A stretch of DNA of 64,000 nucleotides, from NCBI GenBank assembly GCA_965240325.2, contig OZ251227.1:682001-746000 (forward strand), read 5' to 3'. Both the position numbers and the translations under genes were made by a program. Shown piece after piece: positions 1-10,400 of the stretch (position 1 is its first letter; every line of letters starts with the position of its first letter). Under the pieces are notes generated by a model that had not been told where the DNA came from, did not search any database, and saw only the letters and a list, made by a program, of their open reading frames with translations. Origin of the DNA: Rebecca billardiae RCC1528. Lineage: Eukaryota; Protista; Haptophyta.

Positions 1-1495
1 GCGGCGGCGAGGGCGGCGGCGGTGGTGGCGACGACGGCGGTGGCGGCGAGGGCGGCGGCGAGGGCGGCGGCGGTGGTGGCGGCGAGGGTGGTGGCGGCGA
101 GGGAGGTGGCGAGGGTGGCGGCGAAGGCGGCGGTGGCGAAGGCGGTGGCAAGGGCGGCGGCGAGGGCGGCGGCGAGGGCGGCGGCGGTGGTGGCGACGAG
201 GGAGGTGGTGGCGATGGCGGTGGCGATGGCGGCGGGGGTGGTGGCGGCGAAGGCGGCGGTGGCGAAGGCGGTGGCGAGGGCGGCGGCGAGGGCGGCGGCG
301 GTGGTGGCGACGAGGGCGGCGGCGGCGAGGGCGGTGGCGAGGGCGGCGGCGGCGAGGGCGGCGGCGAGGGCGGCGGCGAGGGCGGCGGCGGTGGCGGCGG
401 CGAGGGCGGTGGCGGCGAGGGCGGTGGTGGTGGCGACGAGGGCGGCGGGGGCGAGGGCGGCGGTGGTGGTGGCGAGGGCGGTGGCGGCGGCGGCGAGGGC
501 GGCGGTGGTGGCGGCGAGGGCGGCGGGGGCGAGGGCGGCGGTGGTGGCGGCGAGGGCGGTGGCGGCGGCTGATAAGGCGGCGGCGACGAGGGCGGTGGCG
601 GCGAGGGCGGCGGCGGTGGCGACGAGGGCGGCGGGGGCGAGGGCGGCGGTGGTGGTGGCGAGGGCGGTGGCGGCGGTGAGGGCGGAGAAGGTGGTGGCGG
701 CGAGGGCGGCGGCGGCGAGGGCGGCGGCGAGGGCGGTGGCGAGGGCGGCGGCGAGGGCGGCGGCGGCGAAGGTGGCGGCGAGGGCGGCGGCGAAGGTGGC
801 GGCGAGGGCGGCGGCGGTGGTGGCGGCGAGGGCGGCGGCGAGGGCGGCGGCGGCGAGGGCGGCGGCGAGGGCGGCGGCGGTGGTGGCGACGAGGGCGGCG
901 GCGGCGAGGGGGGTGGCGAGGGCGGCGGCGAGGGCGGCGGCGAGGGCGGCGGCGGTGGTGGCGGTGAGGGCGGTGGGGGCGAGGGCGGCGGCGAGGGTGG
1001 CGGTGGTGGTGGTGACGAGGGCGGCGGCGGCGAGGGAGGTGGCGAGGGTGGCGGCGAGGGCGGCGGCGGTGGCGGCGGCGAGGGCGGCGGCGGCGATGGA
1101 GGTGGCGAGGGCGGCGGCGAGGGCGGTGGCGAGGGCGGCGGCGGTGGCGGCGGCGGCGAGGGTGGCGGCGAGGGCGGCGGCGAGGGCGGTGGCGGCGAGG
1201 GAGGTGGCGAGGGCGGCGGCGAGGGCGGCGGCGGTGATGGTGGCGGCGAGGGCGGCGGCGAGGGCGGCGGTGAGGGCGGTGGTGGCGAGGGCGGCGGCGA
1301 GGGCGGCGGCGAGGGCGGCGGCGGTGGTGGTGGCGAGGGCGGTGGCGGCGAGGGAGGTGGCGAGGGTGGCGGCGAGGGCGGCGGCGGAGGTGGCGACGAC
1401 GGCGGTGGCGGGCTGGGCGGCGGGCTTGGTGGCGACGGCGGCGGCGACGGCGGCGGCGGCGGCGACGGCGGCGGTGGGGGTTGCGGTGACGGCGG
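1..1495 (-). repeat. Low-complexity coding repeat encoding (PPSPP/PPSPPP)n on the minus strand
   Basis: Degenerate ggcggcgagggcggc units throughout; the reverse complement reads ccg ccc tcg ccg ccg. Confidence 0.9.
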
Positions 1496-2333
1496 GAGCA
1501 CGCCTTGGCATACGCTGAAGAGGCGCGGGACGGAAAATCCGCAAAGTTCATCCCGCCACTCGCCATCGCGCATAGCCACGCAGTCCTGGCCGGGCTCGTT
1601 GCTGGGCGCCCCGCCGTTGTTCGGCTCAGGGGGATACGAGCCTTGCCACCAGGGCTGAAAGCCTCCCAGCGGTGAGGCGTCGCTCACCCAGAAGAACGAC
1701 CCCGCAGAAGCGCTGTCCGACAAGCCAACCCAGAGAAAGGGGAATTGGCTCGGGCCGTCGCCATCCGCGGGTTGGCCGAAAGCTGCGTCCAGCACGGCGC
1801 TCGTCTCGGCGTCGGGCACCTTGGCGAGGCTGCCGTTGCGCACCAGCCCCTGGCAGAACGCGAGGCCCGCGTCCCAGTCGAGTGCAGCCGTGGCTGCACT
1901 CTTGATGTAGCAATGGTCTTGGTAGTATATGACTTGGTGCAAAGCTTCGTCGAGCTCCCAGCACTCGGGGAGTTGCCCCAGGGCCCCTAGCGCGCTCAGC
2001 GCGAGCAGCAGCAGCCGAAGTGGCGCGGAGCCGGTGCCCCCACCGCGGGCGGTGCGTCCAAACTGCCGGCGCGCCCCGCCGGCGGAGGAAGTGTCCTGCG
2101 CAGACGCGCAACAGCACCGGCCACGCGCCCACGCGTCGCGTGCGCGCGCGAGGGCATCGATGAGTGGCGCATTGCTCGCGGCGAGCCCGCATGGCGCGTC
2201 GCACGCCGGTCTCTGCAATGCGTGCGTGACACCGACTGTCGACGATCGAGCGGGAAGGTCGGGCGCGTGAAGAGACAGGCGTGGGTTGGCGGTTCACAGC
2301 GGCGCTCACCTTGCTCGCCATCACGAGCTCCAT
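1..2333 (-). CDS. Secreted/surface C-type lectin domain protein with long (PPSPP)n proline-rich stalk; 3' end lies outside the window; 5' exon structure uncertain
   Basis: Manual minus-strand translation of about 2020..1490: LRLLLLALSALGALG (signal-like), C-WELD...HCY...WDAGLAFC...GSLA...WVGLSD...FFWVSD...PPEPNN...QDCVAMRDGEWRDELC...VC, then PPSPQPPPP and PPSPP repeats to the window edge. Possible first exon MELVMASK|gtgagc near 2333. Confidence 0.8.
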
Positions 2334-3996
2334 GATCGCGCGAGGAACAGCAAGCTTGGTGCAATTAGCCTCCGACTGAGTCTCCGACGGACGCGACAAA
2401 TTGCGAAGGGGTTCGCGTGTCCCAGGGTATCGCGCACATCAACTCATCAAGATGCGCGTGCGCATCGAACCACGCGATACCCAGCCCGGAGCGGCGAAAC
2501 CGCCCCATCGAACCCTCAGACACACGATGTCGTCAACGAATATCGCGGATCTTCTCTTCCGATGAGAAGAATCGACGAATTCTCCTCTGATCTCATCCGA
2601 TCTCAATCAGAGTCCCAAGTCGTCAAACCATCGAAACCAATAAATATTCCTGCTTCCTACTTATAAGAATGTATTAGGTACTTGAGTATACATGAATCTT
2701 CTATTTCCTTCCATTCGCGATGAGAAGAAGTCTTCTCATCATCGTTGACGAGCAGTCTTCTCGACGAGTCGGACGACCTCCCAACGGCGCGCCGGTATCC
2801 GGCGCCCCTTTGGCGCTGGGGTGATCAAGGCCAAGTTTAATTCGCCCAGACAGCCAGCCAGCGGCAGCAGGGGAGGGGTCGATGCGCGATACCCTACAGT
2901 TGACTAACGGCATAAGAGACGCACAACAATACACAAGGAGAGTAATATAATGTGCTTCGTAAAATGATAGCAGTAGTAAGTAGTGGTCATTATTCAGATA
3001 TCGCGGGTACTTCCTTCGTCAAGATACTGGAAACCCGCATTCGCAGTTTCGTCGCACGAATCCTATATCCACGAATCCCAACCGGCTCGTCGCGAATCGT
3101 CGCGCTGTTTCTGTTCTCGCATATCTCGCTCAGCCAGGGTCGCCCTTTGTCACGACGACGGCTTGGGTCGCTCGGTCGCGACTCCAAGGTGGTGCAAGGG
3201 TCGCCCTTCACGGCTGGGTCGGTCGCGCGACGAGCGGCTCGCGTGCGGCGCCAGCGAGCGAAGCGGTGCGCGCGTCTGGCGCATGCGTGAGGCTGCCCAC
3301 CGCGCGCGCGCGCGCGCACACGCCGGCTCGGGCGCACCGCCTCAGCTCGAGCACGAGCGCCGCCCGCGTGGCGCCGGCTCGGTGCAGTCGGTGGCCGTGA
3401 GCTCGAGCAGCTGCACTGCGCGTGACGAGCGGCTCGTGCGCGGTGCCAGCGGATGAAGCGGCACGTGCGGCGAGTACACGTGCGCAGGGTCGCCCTCCAC
3501 GTGCGAGCGCGTGACCGCGAACTGCAGTAGGCGGCCGTGGGCTGGTCGGCGCGGACGGCAACAGCGTGCGGTGCCGCCAGCCATCCGTTCTCGCTTGGCT
3601 GGGCGCGGGCGGCACTCTCACGTACAGCGCGGGGCGTGGTGCTGCAGGCGGGCCAGTCATTGCAGCGCGCACTCCGTGCTCAGACGTGCACACGCGCGCG
3701 CGTCGTCAGCCCCGCCGCTGCGCTCTCGGAGCGCCGTCCCTTGCGCCCCGATGGGAGCGTCAGAAGTTTCGAGCTCGAGCTACCGGCCGCGAGCCGGCAG
3801 GCGTTTAAACAAATTGGTTTCCAGCCCAAGTTGACGCGCGGCGCCAACCCATATATATATCGACAGGTGTAGCGCATATCTGGCGGGTACATCAGTACTA
3901 CGGGCGCTGACGCGTCGCGAGGCGGCCGCAGCCCTCAGCCAGGCCTCGCAGGCGGACGGCTGAACGAATTTTCCGACGGCGGTACCATCGGCTCGA

Positions 3997-4073
3997 CTTC
4001 ATGGGCGGTGACAATTGGTGGGCGTCAATCTCGCCTGCCTGAGCTGTGTGCGTCTCTTATTCTTAGTAAACTG
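3997..4073 (+). repeat. Dispersed repeat family A, terminal segment (copy 1)
   Basis: gcgtcaatctcgcctgcctgagctgtgtgcgtctcttattcttagtaaactg, also found at about 22679, 47639 and 52634. Confidence 0.85.
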
Positions 4074-5043
4074 CATAGTCATAACACTACCCGCGAGAAT
4101 CGCTTGGTTGGTGGTTCAGTGCCGTGACCACTCATGACCACCTGGGATCGCTTTCCAGACTGCACTGAGTCAGTGATGAGTCTGATGTAAGCTACGACTG
4201 ACTAGACACGCTGACTCAGTGACTTGACGGACGTGCAGCCGAGGTTGGGCGCAGGCGCGGGAAAAAATACGACCGACCGCGCTGTCCGCGCGCAATAAAT
4301 TACAGGGGGGTCCAGATGGTGGGCCCCACTTTGGCTGTGGCTGGCCAGGTAGTGCGGCACGTCCGTGCCTCTGGACGGGCATTGAGCGGTGGCAAGGTCG
4401 CTAAATCGCGTGACGTGATCCGAGAGAAGGTTGTTGCCAGCCCTGATCACCTCACTAGCCATGTCGGTCGATGCTCGCCCTGCTGTTGTCAGGCGCGCAC
4501 ACGCCAAACGTGTTCGCACAGCAGTTGTGTTGGACGGCGGTCGCACGACTACCGCGCAGCCAACCTTGCTCGTCAGATCCACGGCTTGTAGGGTCAGATG
4601 GACCATTGCAAGGCATATACCGTCGCAATGCATGGCTCAGAGGACAGTATGGCCTTCAGAACGGTGATCACGGGCGCTACTTGCCCATCCTTCCCATGCA
4701 AAGCCTCACCGGCGCGCCGGTCGTACGAAGGCGCGGACGTGAACGTGAGAGTGGTCGAAAGGTCGGAAGGGAAGCTGTCACTCACGCACACGCGCTCGCA
4801 CGGCGACGCCGACCTGCCTACGCTACGCCCCGGTGACCGGGCCGTGGCGCTGGGGCCTCAGATCGCGGTGGGACGGGCATTGACGCCCGCCATGGCTTCC
4901 CTTCCGAACGGTGGGAAACAATGAAACGGCGCGGAGAAACCGAGAAAACGCCCGACCCGCCCGGTCCCACCGGCGCGTCTGACGCCCAGCGAGCCACGCG
5001 CTTCCGCACCTCCGCCTTCTCAGCCTCGGCGCCCATCGCGCAG

Positions 5044-5361
5044 ATGGCAGACGCGCAGCTCGACCAGTTCGCCTTCCGGCAGTCGAAGGCCGTCGGCCCT
5101 GCCGCGAACAAGGCGCTCGCGGCCGCCCCACTCCCGCCCGCCGCCCGGCCCGACCCGGCCAAGACGGAGGCGACGCTGGCCGCCTTTGACCTCGACCAAA
5201 AGTACGGGCCCTCGATCGGCCTCACGCGCCTCGAGCGCTGGCAACGCGCCCACGAGCTCGGCCTCGACCCGCCCGAGCATGTGCGTGAGCTCCTCGCCGA
5301 GTCGACCGCCGCTGCAAAGTCCGTCTTCGAGCGCGCACTCGAGCCTTCCAAGCAGAAGTGA
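5044..5361 (+). CDS. POLD4: DNA polymerase delta subunit 4 (p12)
   Basis: LAAFDLDQKYGPSIGLTRLERWQRAHELGLDPPEHVRELL matches the p12/Cdm1 conserved C-terminal motif. Start placed at MADAQLDQF; the ORF is open from 4921. Confidence 0.9.
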   Translation: MADAQLDQFAFRQSKAVGPAANKALAAAPLPPAARPDPAKTEATLAAFDLDQKYGPSIGLTRLERWQRAHELGLDPPEHVRELLAESTAAAKSVFERALEPSKQK

Positions 5362-6213
5362 GGCCGAGCGCCGATGGCCGCACGCCGCGCACACGCAGGG
5401 GTGCTCGCCTGGGGCGCCACGTGGCGTTGCCGCAGAGGCATGAGAGATCAGCCACGCCAATCTCGAGCTCGACTGCTGGGGCACCGCGCGCGCGCTGCGC
5501 TTGGAGCGCGGCCACGCTGCGTGCTGTGCCTCGTCAACAATCGGCGCTGCGTACGGCGTCTAATACCGTCACTGACACAGTAGTATCCGATGACTTACAG
5601 TAGCAGTATGACGACGCCGCGCCTCGGGTCACGTGGCCTAGCTAGGGCCGACGCCAGGGCCAGTGTAGCGTATCAATCCGACAACGACGATGATACGATG
5701 CTGATTCACTAAATCACCAATGACTTAATATATATATATAGAATAAATTCATGACTATAATGCTGATGATCGATTTATTATTCGATATCACTACCGACTA
5801 CGCGCGCGTGCGTTGCACGTGACACTGCTCATCATTATCATGTGATGCTAGAGCTGCTAGTTGCTAGACATGAGTACGGTCCGAATCGCGTCGTAGTTGT
5901 AGTCTTGTAGACACTCGGACAGTCTGATTAGAGTCGTAGTCGTCCTTAACAAGTCCAAGTAAGTCTGTAAGCCGCCACAGAGTCAGAGTCTCGTCGCGTC
6001 TTCACTTGACGACACTGATGAGTCATACTTCATCACTGCTGCGCTCGTATATATATCACTTATTATCATCAGTCGTTATATATTAATCTGCTTACTATGA
6101 CGACTTAGAGAATTAGAGAATCACGGTCCGCCAAGCATGAAGCAGCGCTAGCTACCGCGCAGCCCTACCGCTCTCGAGAGCGCAGTCCAACGGCACAGAA
6201 GTAGCTGAACTAC

Positions 6214-7451
6214 CCGGGGCTCCGGCTTCGGTTGACCCCTGCCAGTCCGGTCATAGAAACCGGGCGTACCGAAAATGAAAACGACCTTCGCGAGGTCGCA
6301 CGGAGGCGGTCGAAGGCTTGCTGGACTCGGGTTGGCGAGCTGAGCGCGAATCCGCACCGTTTGCCGCGATCGCTTGTTTTTACACGGCGCCAGAGCCCGA
6401 TTTTCACCATTTCTACTGGGAGTCCGGGTACTTTGGGCCTTTTGCCCACTATGGTGGTGCGGGCGCGGGTCGCGTGGGTGTGCGCATCGTGTTCGACACC
6501 GACGTCTCGTACGAACAGCTGGGAGGTAATCTTGGCGACCGCGATGCCGAGCACCTCTTTGCGGTCGCGCGTGACCTGGAGATCGTGCACACGGTGTCTG
6601 GCACGACCTCGTCAGTGCACTCCACGGTCGGTGCAAGCCTCTCTGCACGTTGCGCCGTCTCCGGACCTCTGCAATCAGATCAAGGTGAACATGTCGAGGA
6701 CGCACAACACGATGGAGCGGATGCTTTTCCATCTCGTCGTCGATAAGCTCAGGCCTCTCTGTCTGGACGAGTACTTTGTGATCCTTACGCGCTCGACACT
6801 GCAAGTCGCGACGAGGGCGACTCAGAGCCCGAGACAAGCAGCAAGCGGCAGAAGGAGGCGGACGGGCAGTGGTGGACGATGGGGGGGCGAGTCTGATTTC
6901 AAGCGATACGCGCGCATGGATCTTGACCGGCGCTCGCGCGAGCTGGGCACCGGCGAGATCGAGAGCGACACGATCGTCCGCGGCGTTGTCGTGCTCACGC
7001 CCGTGCAACCGATCACGCCCGACTTTCAGCGGCGCCCCAGCACGCGGCACGAGGCGGAGGCACGCGGCAGCGGCGGCGGAGCGGCCGCGTCCGGCGGTGT
7101 ACCAGCTGAGAGAAGAGCGCGGCACAAGAGTGCGGGGCCGGGTGAGCTGCCGTGAGGCGTGACATACATGGTCATGGCGTGCGTGATGCATGAAATGGAA
7201 TACAAGTTCCGTCAGAAATACCCGCGCCAATATGCATTTACCCATTTTCGGATTTCGGTCAGATTTCTGTATGTGTTACTTATGAAAATTGAGCCTGAAA
7301 CATATTGGGAGGTGGGTGTATGCTCAATGTCGCTTTGAAGTCATCAATCGGGGGTCGGGAGGGACCCGGCTATATGGTCCGCTCGAGTGACTTCGACTCG
7401 GTTCTCAGAATGCCCGCCACTGGCAGGGGTCAACCGAATCCGGAGCCACGG
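6214..7451. mobile_element. Non-autonomous TIR DNA element (~1.24 kb) with 33-bp terminal inverted repeats
   Basis: 6214-6246 ccggggctccggcttcggttgacccctgccagt versus reverse complement of 7419-7451 ccgtggctccggattcggttgacccctgccagt (2 mismatches). AT-richer subterminal regions; no clean TSD. Confidence 0.7.
6450..7155 (+). pseudogene. Spliced coding-like fragment of unknown origin inside the TIR element
   Basis: A phase-0 GT..AG intron at 6594-6678 joins RIVFDTDVSYEQLGGNL...DLEIVHT to IKVNMSRTHNTMERMLFHLVVDKLRPLCLDEYFVILT. No clear start codon. Confidence 0.4.
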
Positions 7452-7483
7452 CTGCTGCTCAGTGCTCGCGATGCGACTCGTCG

Positions 7484-10400
7484 TCACACCCGCCCGCTGC
7501 CCCCGCCGCGGGAGGGAGCGGCGCGCGGTGCAGCGGCCTCCGCGTCGTCCGGGGCGCGCGGAGGCGGCTGCGCGGTGAGCCACGCCGGCAGCCACGACGA
7601 GGCTGCACTCGCAGGCGGCGCTGCCTCGCCGGTGGTGCTTGCCGTGCGGCCGGCGCCGCTCGGCGGCGCGCGCGCGCGGGCCGCCGCACCGGCGGACGCT
7701 GCGGTTTGCGGGTGCACCGCCGCACCGGCGCCGGCGTCGCGCGCGCTCGGCGGCTGCTCGCCCTCGGGCTGCGCGCCGCCGACGCCGCGCGCGCCCCAGA
7801 TGCGCGCGCACGCGGCGCGCGCGGCCGCGGCGCCGGCGCCGCTGAAGCTCGTGTCGGCGCTCGGCGCGAGGCCGTTGGTCCGGCGCGCCTCGTCGAGCTC
7901 TCGCTCGATCACGCTCGCGTTCTTCGAGCCGCGCGGGCGCGCGACCGCGGTGCACGGGCTCACCACGCCGCGCACGCCGCCCGGCCGGTCGAGCTCGCGG
8001 TTGAACGAGAGGCGGCGCGCGCCCGGCAGCCGCGCGCGCGTCCACCGCACCGCGCGATCGTGCCGCGCGCGCACGCGCCCGAGCGCGCGCCCGAGCACGT
8101 CGAGCGTGGCCTGCTCGCGCGACTCGAGCTTCTCCACCACGGCGAAGCCGTACGCGCGGCGCAGCGAGCGCACGCCGCGCGCCAGCCGCACGTCCGAGCG
8201 CAGGTACACCGCGGGCGTGACCGCCTGCGGGTACGTGTCCGCCACCGCGCAGCCGGCGGCCGAGAAGCGGCCACAGCCGGCGGCCGAGAAGCGCCCGGCG
8301 GCGCGGCCCGCGCAGCCGGCGTGCGCCGAGCGCGCGCGGGCGACGGCGGGCGGGATGAGGAGGGAGAGCGCGGCGGGCGCGGCGGGCGCGCCGCCCGGCT
8401 GCTGCTGCTGCTGCTGCCTGTTCAGCACGAGCGCCGTGTCGAGCACGCTGGCGGTGGGCATGCGCTGCATCGCGAGCGAGCCGCGGCGCGCCGGGCCGCC
8501 GCCGCCGCTGAGCGACAGGCTGGGGCGGCGCTCCTGGCCGAGCGAGAGCCGGCGCGTGCGCGGCGGCGCCTCGGCCTCGGCGATGCGCGTGGCGCGCGAG
8601 ACGACCTCGGCGCTGATCCACTCCGCGCCGACGATCGTGCCGTCGATCGGGCTGCGCACCTTGGCGATCAGCCCGCGCCTCGCGGTGAGCGGCGTCGACG
8701 AGGGCGCGCCGTCGGCGCCGCCCGCGCCGCCGCCCGCGCCCGCGCCGCCCGCGCCGCCAAACCGCCAGCCCGCGCCCGCGCCGAGGCCGCCCGAGCGCGA
8801 GGGCTCGCTCGGCTCGAGCATGTGCGGCCCGTCCTCGCCCACGCGCTCGTACAGCCTGAGCGGTGGCGCCGCGCGCCCGCCGCGCTTCGCGCCGCGCTGC
8901 CCCCTGAGCTTCCTGAGCAGCCCGCTCGTGCGGCGCGTCTGCTCCGTCAGGTGCTCAAACACGCGCCGGATGCGCGTCTGCCGCCAGCGGCGCTGGATGA
9001 GCTGCGCGGCCCAGACCTGCGCGGTGGAGTAGCGCGCCTCGGGCAGGCGCAGCACGCCGCGCGCCTTGAGCGCACCCTCGACCATCCGGTTCAGCTCCGT
9101 CGTGAACAGCGCGGAGGGCAGCTCGGCCCCGTGCGCGCGCATCGCGAGCGCGAGCAGCGCCTCGTGGAAGTGCAAGAGGCCGTTGTGGTCGGGGATGTCC
9201 AGCCGCATGATCAGCTCGAGCATCTGGCGGCGGCTCATGCGCTCGACGTCGCCCAGGCCGAGCGGCGGGTCGAGGTTCCACAGCAGCTCGGCGAGGTGGA
9301 TCGACGGCATCGTGTACGTCCCCTTCCGGTCGAAGTCGGACCACACCTGCCGGCCGGCGCGGCCGGCGGCGCGGCGCGGCGCGGCGCGGCGCGGGGAGGC
9401 GCGCGCGCGCGTGAGCCGCGCGCGCGCGCGGCCGCGCGAGCCGCGCGGGCTGCGCGCACCTCCTGGAAGTGCTCGAGCTCCTGCGCCGAGAGCGCGTTCT
9501 CGTTGCTCAGCGCCGTCTTCTTCTCGAGGATCACCGCGATCACCAGGTTGAGCCCGATGATGGAGCTGCACAGGAAGAAGGAGAAGAAGTACGCGATGGC
9601 GACGAGCTCGTGCTCGGCGCACGTGCCCTCCGCCTCCGAGCAGCGGCCGCGCGCGTCCTCGCGCACCATGCAGTCGTGCATCAGCCCGTTCCACGACTCG
9701 CCCGTCGTCGCGCGCACGAGCAGCAGGAAGCTCTGCCAGAAGTCCGTGAAGTTGGCGTCCGGCCCGATGAAGCGCCCCGGCCGCTGCGCAATGGCGTGGA
9801 ACAGGTTCATGCCCAGCACCGCGTAGATGAAGAAGAGCAGCAGCAGCAGCGACGAGACGTTGATCAGCGCGGGGATCGCGTAGTACAGCGTCGCGAGCAG
9901 GTTGCGGATCGACTTGGTCCAGCGCACCAGCCTGCGCGCGCGCGGCGCGCGGCGGCGGCGGCGGCGTGCGTGGGCGCGCGCGGCGCGCGCGCGCGCGCGC
10001 AGCGCGCGGCGCGCGCGCGCACCTGAGCATGCGCATGATGCGGAAGACGCGGAGCGTGCGCAGCACCATCGGCGAGAAGAGCGGCGTGGTGAGCGAGGTG
10101 AGCTCGAGCGCCACGTCCACCACGCTCATCAGCACGAGCAGCGCGTCGAAGAGGTTCCAGCGGTCGCGGCCGTACCCGCGCGGCCCCAGCCCGCCCAGCT
10201 TGAGGCACAGCTCCGCGCAGAAGAGCGCGGTGAACGAGTAGTTGGCGATGGTGAGCGTGCGCGCGAGCGAGGCGGAGCCGGGCCACTGGTCCGCCGCCAT
10301 GAAGCCCACGTTCACCACGGTGAGCACCATCATCAGCACCTCGAACTCGGGCGCGGTCACGAGGTCGAAGAGCAGCGCGCGCACAGGGTGCGCGGGCGGC

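Noticed and set aside
22-1518. 498-aa Ala/Arg/Val ORF (and a Gly-rich frame) on the plus strand
   Set aside because: Antisense shadow of the PPSPP repeat; the minus frame is continuous with a clear C-type lectin domain.
4598-4924. 108-aa ORF overlapping the extended POLD4 ORF start
   Set aside because: No recognisable motif; cannot be supported as a gene.
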